From Thecamonas trahens ATCC 50062 (lineage: Eukaryota; Protista; Apusomonadida), in the NCBI RefSeq assembly GCF_000142905.1, contig NW_013657637.1, positions 62,001-126,000 on the forward strand: 64,000 bases of DNA, written 5' to 3'. The number at the start of each line of letters is the position of its first letter. Positions within the stretch are counted from its first letter, which is position 1. Of this stretch, positions 33,004 through 45,314 are shown one piece after another. Both the position numbers and the translations under genes were made by a program. Below the pieces are notes generated by a model. That model did not search any database, was not told the DNA's origin, and was given only the letters and a program-made list of their open reading frames with translations.

Positions 33004-35183
33004 ATGGAGCCGGGGAAGGTGGCCGAGGCGCTGGCGCTGCGGCGGCGGACGGAGGACCGGGCACAGGCGGCGCGGGCCAAGGCCAAGGCGCGGCAGGAGG
33101 CCAAGCTGCGCCGGGATGTGCGGCGGGCGGTGGGCCAGCGAGTCCATGCCGCCCGCTACTCGACCTCGCTGGGCATCGCCACCCCCGGCCCCGGCGCATA
33201 CGTCCTCCCGCGCCCGCCCACCGGCCCGGCTGCCTCCTTTGGCAAGCCGGCGTACTATGAGATCGCCAGCACCCGCGCCCCGCTGCCCCGCCCGCGCCCG
33301 CCTGCCCGCCCAGCCTCGGCTCGCCCGTCCACCCGATCGCGTCCGTCGGTCCCGACCGCAACTCGCGATCGCGCCCGCCGCAATCCCGAGCCGGCCCTCC
33401 GCGCTGCCCTGCCCGACGCCTTTCCCGAGCCGATGCCGCTGCTGGCCGGCAAAGGGACCAGCCCGCGCGCCGCGCGCCGCACCACCCATCGCCGAGCGGC
33501 GACCCTGATGGCGCTGAGCCAGTCCGGGCCTGCCCTCCGGCGGGCGGCGACTGCGCCAACTAGGGCCGTCTTTGCCGTCGCCCCGCCCTCGGGCGATGGC
33601 GATGGCGACGGCGAACCGTCACTCCTCGATCAGGTCGTCCTTCGCGGTCCGCCCACTCGCAACCCGCGCCGCAAAGAAGAGCTTAAGCAGGCGGCAGAGC
33701 GGGTGGTTGCTGTCCGTGCTCGACGCGCTCGACTCAAGGCCGCACGGGTGGAGCAAGCCCGAGCTCGTGGCCTAGCGCCTGACCCAGCAACGCCTGCCGC
33801 GACTGTCGACTCACGCCCATCGTCGGCGGCGGCATCGGCGTCGACCGTGCTCGCCGAGCCCGCCGAGCCCGCCATGTTCTACGTCTCGCCATTTGACTAC
33901 GGTGTCGGCACTTCTCGCCGCGGACCTGTCCTAGGCCCGCCGCCGGAGCCGGCGGAGCGCAAGCGGCCGCGTGGGACTGACTATCCGCCGCTGGACAAGA
34001 CTTCGGCGTTTGGCACGCTAGCGCCGCAAACCGGCCCGAGATGGGGCGGGCATCCGGCTCAACGCCGTGACCGGGCCGCCGCACGCAAGAAGAACATTGC
34101 CGCCGCCTCACTCGCACCGGGGCCGGCAGACTATGGCGGCCGCACGAGCGGTGCTGCTTCCCAGGCTGGTGGGCCACGGTTCGCCCTCGGCACAGCGGCG
34201 AGGTTCACTGATCCAGTCACCCGTGAAAAGGCGGCGCTCCCCGGGCCGCAGGACTACGTGGTGCCCGATCCGCCACCGCGGCTCCCGCCGCCGACGTTGA
34301 AGGGCAAGCGGCACGGGCCAGGTCACGACGTGCCGTTGTCCGCGGGGCCGGGTCCCAAGTACCGCCTGCCGTCGCCACGATCTGCGCGCGGCCCGATCCT
34401 GCGGCCTGACAAGCACGAGGCCCGCGGGAGTGGGCTCGAGTGGCAGACGCCTGCGCCCGGTGCATACAACCCCGACGACAGCGCCGTCCGCGCCAAACCA
34501 CGCTCGGTCGCCATGGGCCCACCCACTCTCTCCACACGTCCGCCTCCTGCCGTCGTTGACCTCTCCATCCCACCCGTCACTGCGTACAAGCCCAAGACCG
34601 GTGCCATCGGCGAGCCCGGTACTGGTCCGGCGCCGACCATTGCGCCGCCGCCAACCACCAGCGGAATGGCATGGGTTAACAACGGGCCGCCCATCGGTGC
34701 CTACGCCGTGCCCAACGTCCGCGATGGTCCGGCATTTTCGATGGCCGGCAAGCCACCGCCGCCGCCACCGCCGCAGGCTCCGGGACCTGGCGCTTACAAC
34801 CTGGCGTCGCCACCGCAGCTGTCCTCTCCAGAGGCGGACTCGGGCAAGCCGACAACCGGGCTGCGTTTGGTGCAAAGGCGGCGCGGTTTGATGCTGCACC
34901 AGCCTCCGCCTCGCCAGGTCCCGGCGCGTACGACGGCCGCATTCCCGCAGTCGAGGCAACGCATGCGGTGGCTTTCAAGGGCAGCTCCCGGCGGTGCGAT
35001 CTTCGGCTGGAAGGGCAGCCCGGGCTGGACTCGCCGGGACCGGGCGCGTACGGCGCTGGCGGCGACGCGCTCAAGCGGCTAGACCAGGCCACCACCGCCA
35101 TCGAGCCAGGCTTTACTCTCGGCTCGCGGGCGCTGTACGAGAACGTCGCCCTTGCGCCGCAGCTCTTTGGCTCGCTGCACTAG
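33004..35183 (+). CDS. SHIPPO-1/ODF3/STPG-type PGPGxY repeat axonemal protein; -1 frame break at about 34800
   Basis: Many PGPGAY/PGPADY/PGPQDY repeats; the repeats continue in the -1 frame (SPGPGAYD, SPGPGAYG) to the stop at 35183. Confidence 0.8.
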
Positions 35184-35215
35184 CACGGCGAGGCGGCAGC
35201 GAATGAACAAATGCC

Positions 35216-35216
<1 letters not shown>

Positions 35217-35273
<57 letters not shown>
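35217..35273 (+). repeat. (CAG)19 microsatellite
   Basis: Direct count. Confidence 0.95.
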
Positions 35274-35276
<3 letters not shown>

Positions 35277-35362
35277 GCAGGCAGCGTCGTCGTCCGGCCG
35301 GCGCACGCCGCACGCCGCACACCGACACCGCACTCAGCACCGGACGAGGCGCGACAGACGGC

Positions 35363-36679
35363 ATGGCGGACCGGGCGCAGGCCGGAGAAGACTTGGTGCG
35401 GGCGGTGGAGGACGCCGGACAGGCGGTGACGGCGGCGGCCGAGGGTGGCGGTGGCGTGGTCGACGAGGGCGCTGTGTGCCTGGTGGCTCTCTGCCGGGCG
35501 GTGGAGGCGCTACTGCGCCACGGCCTGCGGGCCCGCGGCTCATTCTTCGGCGGCGCCAAGGACTACATCCACTTTGTGGCCGCCGCTGCCCGCGACGCAC
35601 CGGCGGCCGCCACTACGCTGCGCTCCGAGGCCGCTACCTTTGGCGTCTCCACCCCCGCCGGCCGCGGGCGGGCCTTTCTGCGCGCCGCCCTGGCCGAGCA
35701 AGCCCTGGCTCCCCACCTGGCCGCGCTGACCAGCGACGTGTGGACCGTGTCCGAGTGGTACGAGGCGCACGCTGCTCTTCGCTCGCCCACGCTGCGCACT
35801 CGTGCCCTCACCGCCCTTGATGGCCTGACCCCCATCGTCTTTGCTCTCTGCGTCAAAGACGTCGATCTCGACGCCACCTGGGCTCCACCCGCCGCCGCGG
35901 GCAGCGCCGCCACGAGCAGCCCGCCACGCCGCACACATGTTGATGCGCTCAGCAACACGCCACTCCCACCGCCACTCCCACAGCCGGTGGCATCCGAGAC
36001 CGGACAGCCACAGCAGCAGCAGGTGGTGGAGCTCGTCCCGCTCGGCCGCTTTGCGCAGCGCGAGTACCGCAAGGCGTGGCTGGCAGCGCTGTCGGCGGCG
36101 ACCGAAGCGTGGTATCGCGCCAACGAGGCCGATGACGCGGCGCAGACTGCGGCAAACGTTGCCGCCGAGCTGCAGGCGGAAGTTTTGGCGCTGGCATCGT
36201 CGGCTACCGCTGCCGAGGCGCGGGCGGCGCAGGCGGGCGTCGAGCGCGACGCCGCTGAAACTCGGGCTGCCGAGCTCGAGCGGGCGCTGGAAGCAGAAGA
36301 GAGAGTCACCTCGCAGATCACACTCGAGTACAATGCCAAGCTCAAGGCTCTGGCCGCCTCCGAAGCGGAGAACTTTGAACTCAAGCTCACACTCGTCGCG
36401 CTGGGCAAGCAGCTCCGCGACGCCGGACTTGTGCCGTGCGTCGAGACCGGCAACGACGGCGACGAGACGGGTGCGGGTGCTGGCGCGAGCACTTGTAGTG
36501 CGGCAGAAGCAAGCGTCGACGATGACGACGACATGACATGGCTGGACGAGACGTTGGGCCTTGCGCCGGTGGCGGGTGTGACCGACAGCAGCGGAGCCGA
36601 GGAGGACACCGAGTGGCTGGATGTGTTTCTGGTCTCGGGTGCGCTAGCCAACGGGCAGCGGAAGACAAGACCCAGCTGA
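35363..36679 (+). CDS. RUN-domain protein with coiled coil
   Basis: LCRAVEALLRHGL, GRGRAFLRAALAEQAL and WYEAHAAL RUN blocks. Confidence 0.85.
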   Translation: MADRAQAGEDLVRAVEDAGQAVTAAAEGGGGVVDEGAVCLVALCRAVEALLRHGLRARGSFFGGAKDYIHFVAAAARDAPAAATTLRSEAATFGVSTPAGRGRAFLRAALAEQALAPHLAALTSDVWTVSEWYEAHAALRSPTLRTRALTALDGLTPIVFALCVKDVDLDATWAPPAAAGSAATSSPPRRTHVDALSNTPLPPPLPQPVASETGQPQQQQVVELVPLGRFAQREYRKAWLAALSAATEAWYRANEADDAAQTAANVAAELQAEVLALASSATAAEARAAQAGVERDAAETRAAELERALEAEERVTSQITLEYNAKLKALAASEAENFELKLTLVALGKQLRDAGLVPCVETGNDGDETGAGAGASTCSAAEASVDDDDDMTWLDETLGLAPVAGVTDSSGAEEDTEWLDVFLVSGALANGQRKTRPS

Positions 36680-36697
36680 TTGGGCTTGCTGCTCTGG

Positions 36698-38098
36698 CTA
36701 CGAAACCATGCAGTTGTCGCCGAGCGACTGTGCGTAGTGATCGGTAAAGGCGGCGCGGAGGTCGTCGACGGCGTGCTCGAGAGTGGCAAACTGCTCTTCG
36801 AGGCCGAGCGGCGGCGAGGGAAGGTCAACCCGTGATGGCGGACCGGCTAGGACCTCGGCTGCAGAAACGGCCGCGGCTGCCGGATCTGATGCAGCGCGGA
36901 CAAGTGAGGCCAGGTCGCCAAGCCCGGATTTGAGGGTGGCGGCCCGGGCCGAGAACTGCGCCAGCGTCGAGCGCGAGACGGGTGCGCTCTCGGCCTCGGA
37001 GCCCAGCGTCGAGTCGGCTTTGGCGGCGCGGAGCCGTCCAGAGAGGTCGGTGATGGCCTTGTCGCGAGCGGCAAGCGTGACGCGCGCCTCTGCCAGCAAA
37101 GACGAGAGGCGGGCGACTTCGTCTTCGAGAGCGGCAGCGTGGTCGCGGAGTGGCCCCGAGGTGAGCGACGCCCGGAGCGACGCCACGGTCTCCTGCGACT
37201 CGGCGTATGCCTCTTGCAGTGTCGACAGCTGATGCTGCGCCGCCGAAAGACGGGCCGCTTGGTCACCAGGCGACGCCGAAGCCGCCAGCGATGCCGTCCG
37301 CGCACGCATAGCTTGGACCTGTTCACGGAGCGCCGAGATGGCGGCGTCCTGGTCAGCCGCCTGGGCCTCGGCTGCAGCCTGGGCCTCGCGAGCGTGGGCA
37401 ACATCAGCCCGTGCCTGTGCCAACTCGGCGCGCAAGCGGGCGACGTCGCTTGCAGATGCGTCGCTTGCAGGAGGGCCTGCAGCCTGGCTCGACCCGCCCG
37501 ACGCATTCCGGCGCCTACGCTCGGCGTCAAGGTCGGCCTGGAGGCGGCGGACCAGACGCGACGACTCGGCATGGGCGGCCGAGAGCGATGAAATTGTAGC
37601 CGTCTTTTGCGCGAGCTGCACGTCCTGGTCGGCAAGCTGGGCGCGCAGGCGCATCAGCTCGCGCGGAGGAGGAGCGGCGGTAGCCAGTGCCGCCCGCAAG
37701 CGGATGAGCTGAGCCTCCTTGTCCGCCAGCGACGCGTCCTTGCGCTGCAGCAGCTGCTCCAGCACCAAGGGCGATGCTGCTGAGACCATGGCGTCTGCCC
37801 GCGGCGGTGTCGTCCACCGCGTGGCCACCTGGGTCCGACGGACGGGCGACGCTGGCGGCGGCGACGGCAGCAGCGGCGCTGCGCCAGCAACTGGATCCAG
37901 CGACGCCAAGCGGTGGACAGTCTCCTTGAGTGAGGCCAGCCACTCGAGCGATGACGAGTGCCCCGGCCGGGCAGGCTCAGCCCTGCGCTCGCCGCGAGCA
38001 GCCGTAGCGGCAGGCACGCCCGGGTACGCCAGCCGGCGCGAGGTTGGAGGGGGTGGCGACGGTGGCGTGGCCGGCGGGCGGTAGTAGTAAGCGTCCAT
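36698..38098 (-). CDS. CEP85-like centrosomal coiled-coil protein with C-terminal CaaX
   Basis: C-terminus LRAAFTDHYAQSLGDNCMVS resembles the CEP85/CEP85L end (SDRYAQDMGENCxxQ); long coiled coil. Confidence 0.68.
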   Translation of the reverse strand: MDAYYYRPPATPPSPPPPTSRRLAYPGVPAATAARGERRAEPARPGHSSSLEWLASLKETVHRLASLDPVAGAAPLLPSPPPASPVRRTQVATRWTTPPRADAMVSAASPLVLEQLLQRKDASLADKEAQLIRLRAALATAAPPPRELMRLRAQLADQDVQLAQKTATISSLSAAHAESSRLVRRLQADLDAERRRRNASGGSSQAAGPPASDASASDVARLRAELAQARADVAHAREAQAAAEAQAADQDAAISALREQVQAMRARTASLAASASPGDQAARLSAAQHQLSTLQEAYAESQETVASLRASLTSGPLRDHAAALEDEVARLSSLLAEARVTLAARDKAITDLSGRLRAAKADSTLGSEAESAPVSRSTLAQFSARAATLKSGLGDLASLVRAASDPAAAAVSAAEVLAGPPSRVDLPSPPLGLEEQFATLEHAVDDLRAAFTDHYAQSLGDNCMVS

Positions 38099-38461
38099 GG
38101 CGCGCCTAGCACAGGGAGAGTTGTGAAGAGTGGGGATAGGCGGAGAGAGGGAGGGGAGAAGGGGGGGAGAGGGAGGGGAGTGGTGGGAGGGGAGGGGGGG
38201 GGGGGGGAGGGGTTGGCGCGCGCGCGGGCCACCCGCTTGCCACTCCTGCTCACCCCACCACAGCAAACCCACACAACAGAGGGTCACGCCACACACTCAC
38301 TCACACTCACACACCACCACCACCACCACCACCACAACAACCGCCACCACAACCGCCACACCACCACACACACACGCATACGCACACGCACGCATACACA
38401 AATCCGACACTCACGGGATACACGAATCCAACCGGGCTCTGCGTAGGCCTCTGTGTCAGCC

Positions 38462-39489
38462 ATGGACCCCGAGGCGTACGAGGCCATCGTCAAGGAGCTC
38501 GACAAGCTGCGACCTGACGAAGAGCTAGGCATGCTCGATCTGGCGCATCTTGCGGCAGTGTGTGGGTACGCGGCGCCGAGAGGAAGGGGAAGAGGGAGCT
38601 TTAGGTGGGGCGCCAATACTCATGGCAGCAATGATGGGGGTGGCGAGGCGACGGCAGGACTTCGGCGGAGACGATCAAGGCGCTGCACGGACAATACTTT
38701 CGCCAGAAGCATGGCTTCCGGCATGCACAGCTTCTGGACAACATCGACGAGGTTGGTGCGCTTTTCGGCCGATGGTGCGCCCGGCGCGAGGGCGACTCGA
38801 TCGTGGACCTGGCCATCGAGAAGGACCTGGCCATCGGCCTCATGGCCCGCGTCTTGCTCAGCGCGTTCTATGCGACTCGCGACAAGGTCGAGAGCGGCAG
38901 CGATCCTGCCTCGGCTGCGCTGGCTCTTGGTCGCGACGATGTCTCCAAGAGGCACTCCAAGATTGTCACGCGAGCCATGGAGCGCCCGCACGACGTCGGC
39001 CTGCCGCCATGGATCGCCGACCAGGTGGCGGATGCCGTCGGCATCGCTGGGCACTACGCACCAGTCTCGGGCGTCATCCGCCGCATTGCCGGCGTCGAGT
39101 ACGAGCACGTTCTTCAAGAACACGTCGCCAACGCCGGCCTCTCGTATGTCTCCGAAAAGAAGCTCACCGAGCTCGGCCAGTCCATCACCCCGGACATGCG
39201 TCTCGACGTGCCAATTCTCGTCGTTCACGCCGGGGAGCACAAAATCATCAACTGGATCGAGTCCAAGGCCTCGTTTGGCGATCCCTCAACCATCAAGCAC
39301 GACTCGGCACAGTTTGTGCGCTACCGCGAGCGCGCCGGCCCAGGACTTGTCATCTACTGGTTCGGCATCGTTGCGTGCAGCCTCGTGGTCGAGCTTGCCC
39401 AGGAGGGCGTCCTGCTCATGGACGGCTTCCCACCCCACGACCACATTGTGCAGATTGACCCCTCCGCAGGTAGCAGCTCGCAGCGATGA
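38462..39489 (+). CDS. CDIN1: CDAN1-interacting nuclease 1 (C15orf41, TPD/PD-(D/E)xK); exons 38462-38565, 38658-39489
   Basis: GVEYE..L, TPDMRLDVP, INWIESKASFGD, GPGLVIYWFG. Confidence 0.9.
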
Positions 39490-39689
39490 GGGTAACTGTT
39501 ACCACTTGTAGCGCCACGAGTCAAGCGAGTGGCCCACTCGCTTGCCCTCCCTCTCCCTCCCTGCTGTAGTGACCATCATTGCCGTAAACATGTGTTGATG
39601 CTGAGCAGACGGGGGGCACGTATCGCTTGGACACTAGCGCACGAGGAGACGCCGAGCTAGGCCCCCAGGCGGGCTTGGACGAGAACCTC

Positions 39690-39915
39690 ACAAACGTAAA
39701 AAAATGCTTACGAAAAGGCAACTAAACGTCGAAAAAATTCAAAATATTAGACTCTAATATATATCCTGTTGATATTTGAAAATATCGGCTGTGTTGTATA
39801 TTAATATAAAAATTTAACGTTAGTTTTATATAAGTTTTTGGATCGAATGTTAGTTGCTGGCTCACACTTTGAGTTTGGGCAACCTCCAAGGTAAGCCGAC
39901 AACTTGTCGGCTTCT
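39690..39915. other. AT-rich intergenic island containing several palindromes
   Basis: Strongly A/T-biased relative to the GC-rich flanks; inverted repeats listed under findings. Confidence 0.8.
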
Positions 39916-40364
39916 CCGCCCTTCCCTCGCTGCCTCTGCCCCATCTACTCCTCCAAGCCGAACGCCACCTCTCTACGTACCTCGCAAAATCATCTCATTT
40001 GCCTCCATGGGCTTCAATCTAAGATCCTAGTTGTTTGACGCTGTACAGCCCCGTCGCCGCAGACGCCTCCAAGCGCACAAGTTAGCGCGTTGCTCGTTGA
40101 TCTCGGTTTTGCACTTTATCTTTTGTCCCCACCGTCTCCAGCACAGCTCAAACCCCTTTGTCCTCTTCCGCTCTACATAAGCCCTCGTCGCCCCTTCATC
40201 CCTGACTACCCTCTTCCTCTTCCCACTCTCCCCTACTTCTCGCGCACGCGATCACCCGCCATCGTGGCCAGATCGTGCGTTGTGAACTGTCCCCCACCGC
40301 GACCGACCGTCGGACGTCATCATTCACCTTTGAAGCTACCTCCCACCCCTCTCATCCACCCAGC

Positions 40365-43300
40365 ATGGAGTGGACAGGACCCGACATCGCACGGCTGCGG
40401 CTGTATCGGGAGAAGCCGCGTATTGGTGGTACGCATGCTGCACGGGCGTCCAAGGGGAGGATGGAGGGGGGGAGGGGGGAAGAGGCGGAATGGGGCCGGC
40501 TGCGGCGTCGACGCAGGCATCCACGGAGCCGGTGACTCACACTGTGTGCCTGCTGCAACAGGACTCCCCATTCTACATCTGCCGTTCGTGGCGCTGTATG
40601 CTGGCGTGCTGTACTACATGTACACAACCATCGGCGCGCCGTATGAGGACGCGCTGGCGGCCGGGGCAGTGTTCAACCCAGCCCGGCCGCGGCCGTGCCG
40701 TGAGCTGCCGTGGGAGTACATGCCGTCGTTTGTGTCGCGGCTTGCGCTCGGCTTTGCGTGCTTCCTGCACGCGCTGACGCTCTTTGCTACGCGGTGGAAC
40801 ATGGGTGTGCGGTGCGCGCTTTTCTACAGCTCCCTAGCTAACTCGGCCGATGCGCTCGAGGACGCCACGGCGGTTCGCGTCGATCCGCACAAGCACAAGG
40901 GCAAGCCCGAGCTTGTCCAGTTGGAGTGGATGGAGCTGAGCTCGCCCAGCGAGCTCAGCTTTCTCATGCCTGACAGAAGCACGAGCAGAGTGGCCGGTAA
41001 GCTCCCCGCATACGACGACGAGGTCGATGGCGAGCCGGTCACGCTCCCGTTCTTTGTCTTCCAGGAGATCAAGTACGTGTACCATCCCGACGCCGAGCTC
41101 TGGCTCCGCGTCGAGTGTCCGGTCGACGCGCCACTGGAGAGCTACATCTCTGCCGAAGGCCTGCATCTGGCTGATGCCGGCGACGCGCGGTCGATGTTTG
41201 GCCCGAACCTGTACGAGATTCCCATGCCGACCTTTGGCGAACTGTACAAGGATCAGCTCCTTTCGCCGTTTACCGTCTTCCAGTTCTTCTGTGTCCTCCT
41301 CTGGTGCCTCGACGACTACTGGAAGTACTCGCTCTTCACGCTCGCCATGCTTCTTGTCTTTGAGGCCACGGTCTCGTTCTCACGGCTTAAGTCGCTCTCG
41401 ACGCTTCGGGCCATGAACAACGCGCCGCGCGCCATCCTCGCCTTCCACTCGGGCAAGTGGGTTCCGGTCGACTCGACCGAGCTTCTTCCCGGCGACATCA
41501 TCTCTATCCGCCGAAACGCGGTGGCAGCGACTACCATGTCTACGCTAGAGGATCGCGCCAGCTCGTCCGCCACCAGTGCCGGCGCGAGCGACCAGCCGCA
41601 GTCGTCTGACAACACCATTCCGTGCGACTGCCTCCTGCTCTCAGGCTCGGTCGTGGTTAACGAGGCCAACTTGACCGGCGAGTCGGTTCCGCAGCTTAAG
41701 GAGGGCGTGGCCGCCACCGAGGTCGCTCCGCATGTCGCGCTCGACATCAACGGCGAGCACAAGGTTCACATGGTGTTTGGCGGGACGACGCTGCTGCAGC
41801 ACACAGGGACTGGCGCGAGCAGCAGTGGTGACACCGACAAGCTCTCACCGCCAGACGGCGGCGCCGCCGCTTACGTCCTCCGAACCGGCTTTTCGTCGTC
41901 ACAGGGCAAGCTTGTGCGCATGATTCAGTTCGGCGCCGAGAAGGTGACCGCTGGTGCCGGCGAGGTCCTCCTTCTCATGGGCTTCCTCCTCGTCTTTGCC
42001 ATCATCTCCTCGGGCTACGTCCTGTACAAGGGCATGTACGATGATGACCGCGACCAGTTTGACCTTCTCCTCCACTGCATTCTTATCGTGACGTCGGTTA
42101 TTCCGCCAGACCTCAACATGCAGCTGGCGATGGCGGTCAACTCGTCGCTGATGACGCTGATGAAGGCTGCCATCTTTTGCACCGAGCCATTCCGCATTCC
42201 GCTCGCTGGTAAGGTCAACGTTGCGCTCTTTGATAAGACTGGGACCATCACGACCGACAAGCTTGTTGCCGACGCTGTTGTTGCTCGCAACGGACCGCCG
42301 GTCAAGCCCAGCGATGCCCCTCGCTCTGCGCGGGTCGTCCTTGCCGGCTGCCACTCGCTCGTCCAGGTCAACGGCATTGTGCTAGGCGATCCGCTCGAGG
42401 AGGAGGCACTCAAAGCTGTCAGCGCGTCGTACGATGCCCAGACCAACATTGCTGCCCTGAACTCGTCGTCGTCGTCGCCCACCGTTCGCATTCTCCATCG
42501 CCACCATTTTGCCTCCAAGTTGCAGCGCATGTCGGTCCTGGCCGCAGTCAAGCAATCGCCGACGGCCTCGGCCGAGCTGTGGGCCCTGGTGAAGGGCTCG
42601 CCTGAGGCTGTGGCCAAGCTCCTGGCGCCGACGAGCGGGCTCTCGAGCTGGTACAACGCCACGTACCAGCGGCTGGCCAAGGACGGCAAGCGAGTCCTTG
42701 CGCTGGCGCACAAGGTGGTTTCCGGTCCACGCGGTGACGCCGCGGTTGCCACGGCCGCCGAGCAGCTGTTTGAAGGCTCTCGCAGCTCCATCGAGTCGGA
42801 CCTTGTCTTTGATGGCTTTATCGTCTTTTCGTGCGCCGTCCGCGCCGACTCGCGTGATGTGGTCGCCGAGCTTCGCGAGGCCGCCCACGACGTGGTCATG
42901 ATCACCGGTGACGCTCTCTTCACCGCTGTCCACGTGGCGCGGACCGTCAACATCCTCGACAGCGACCGCCCGGCACTCGTCTGCCAGCCAGCAAGCGATG
43001 GGAGCGGCGGGCTGGTGTGGGCCAACCCCATCGAGGCTGCCGACGGCGTCGGCGAGATCGAGCCGGTGGCACTGGCCTCGGCTGATGCCCTGGCTGCCCA
43101 GTTCTCAAAGCTCGCTGTCGGCGCTGACCTTGCCATCACCGGCGCCTCGTTGGCGGAGCTCGTCGAAGCCGTGCCCGACGGCGCTGCCTGGCCGGCCATG
43201 GTTTACTTTAAGGTCTTTGCCCGGATGACGCCCGAGCTGAAGGAAAAGGTCCTGGCGGCGCTCAAGGACTCTGGCCACTTTACGCTCATGTGCGGCGACG

Positions 43301-44679
43301 GCGCCAACGACGTCGGTGCGCTCAAGCAGGCGCACGTCGGCCTTGCGCTGCTCTCGGGCTTTGGCAATGCCAATGCGGCGTCGGAGGACGACGTCGATGC
43401 CGACGCGGCCTCTGGCGACAAGCCCACTAGCAGCAAGCCCAAGGGCAAGTCCAAGGGCAAGGGCAAGGGCAAGGGTAAGGCCGTGGCCAAGCCGGAGCTC
43501 ACACCGGCGGAGATTGCGGCTAAAAAGGCCGAGGCTGCCAAGGCCAAGCAGGCCGAGTACGCGGCCAAGATGGCCGAGGTCGAAGCTAACATCCGCGCGC
43601 GGAGCGAGGCCGGCGAGTCGATGGCGACGGTGAAGGAGTGGTGGGCGTTTATCCAGCGTGAGACCGCGAGCGCCAAGGCCAAGGCCTCGGCGCGTAAGCC
43701 CAAGACGTTTGCCGAGTCGGCTGCGCTTCTCGCGGCGCAGGACGACCTCTCTGAAGGCGGCGGCGGCGAGATCCCGATGGTCAAGCTCGGCGACGCGTCG
43801 ATCGCCTCGCCGTTCACCTCCAAGAAGCCGTCGATCCGTGGCGCCGTCGACGTCATCCGCCAGGGCCGCTGCACGCTCGTCACCACACTGCAGATGTACC
43901 AGATCCTCGCCCTCTCGTGCCTTATCTCGTCGTACTCACTTTCTGTCCTCTACCTCGACGGCATCAAGTACGGCGATACCCAGATGACGGCGACCGGCCT
44001 GCTGATGACCATCTCGTACTTTGCCATCTCGATGGCCAAACCGCTGCCGCGCCTCTCGGACGTCCGCCCACTTACTTCGATCTTCCATCCGGCGCTCTTC
44101 CTCTCGCTCCTCGCCCAGTTTGCGGTCCACCTCGGGACCATGGTCTACGCCGTGAGCCTGACCAAGGCGCTGCTGCCAGCCGACACCGTGCTCTCCATCG
44201 ACGGCGACTTTGAGCCGAACCTCATCAACACCGTGGTCTTCCTCATCTCGTCGGTCCAGAACGTCTGCGTCTTTGCAGTCAACTTTAAGGGACGCCCGTT
44301 CATGTACGGCATCACCGAGAACCGCGCCCTCATGTGGTCGCTCGGCCTCGTGGTCCTCGGCGCCTTTGTCTGCGCCTTTGAGGTCTCGCCCATGTTCAAC
44401 GAGGCCCTCCAGCTTGTTGCCTTTCCTGACGGCGCCTTTCGCTCCACCATCGTCCTCCTCTTGCTTGTCGATGTCGCCGGCACCTTTGTTCTCGATCGCC
44501 TCCTCCTCGCCATCTTTGCCCCCGCCATCTTCAAGTCGTCGCTCAAGGACATTGACGGGCCCACCGTTGCCCGCGTCGTCCGCAACCTGCTCGGCCTTGG
44601 CGCCTTTCTCTACTTCCTGGTCATCCCGGCCACCCTTGCCGATCCCGAGGCACTCGAGAACGGCGAGCTCGAGTGGTGA
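40365..44679 (+). CDS. ATP13A1: P5A-type ATPase (ATP13A1/Spf1-like); exons 40365-40428, 40562-44679
   Basis: PFTVFQFFCVLLWCLDDYW, TGES, CTEPFRIPLAGK, DKTGT, MITGD, MCGDGANDVGALKQAHVG, KLGDASIASPFTSK, IRQGRCTLVTT. Confidence 0.95.
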
Positions 44680-45047
44680 CACTCGTCACAGCACCCACTG
44701 GCTGGCGACCTCGCCTCGCTGAACCCCTGTCGTCGTAAATCGTTGACCTCCAGCTCGTTTGCCGAAAGAGGACTTCTGTTTCGGCACGTCAGTGAGCCGG
44801 GGCAGTCGTGCCACCCCGCTCGCAGGTGCCCCTCACACTCACCTCTTGGGCGACCGGGAAAGCTCGTTTGTCATTGAGGAAGCGCCATCCTACGACGAGC
44901 TCTGCTACCATGTCCGGCATTACCAGCGTGCACGTTGGGAACAAGTGTCTGTCTCCCGACGCGTCCGTCAGCTCGATGGGGAGGGCGACGGCGCCCAGGA
45001 TGAGGACACTCCTGAAGCACCTCTGCCTCTTCCCCTACACCCCTCAG

Positions 45048-45185
45048 TTTGAGATATCGTTATCAGACGTGACGGTCATGTTCGACCTCAAGAAGGACGA
45101 CTTCCCTAACCTGCGGTCGCTCAATGACGGCATGCTGTCGATGATGGTCTTTGCCTTTATCGGCTCCATCGTCCCCCTAGTCGGT
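45048..45185 (+). pseudogene. partial diverged duplicate of the downstream 4TM gene
   Basis: DDFPNLRSLNDGMLSMMVFAFIGSIVPLVG versus DDNPNLYALNDGMLSMMIFAFMASIGALVG about 540 bp downstream; lacks the rest of the gene. Confidence 0.6.
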
Positions 45186-45314
45186 CGGGAGGGGGGCAGT
45201 GGTGGGCTGGCGCAGGGCAGAACTCTGACACACGATTGAAACCCATCAAGGGTCACGGCGCTAGTGACCCTCCCCACGCTACTCATTGCACACTCCACTC
45301 CCCCAGCACCCGTC

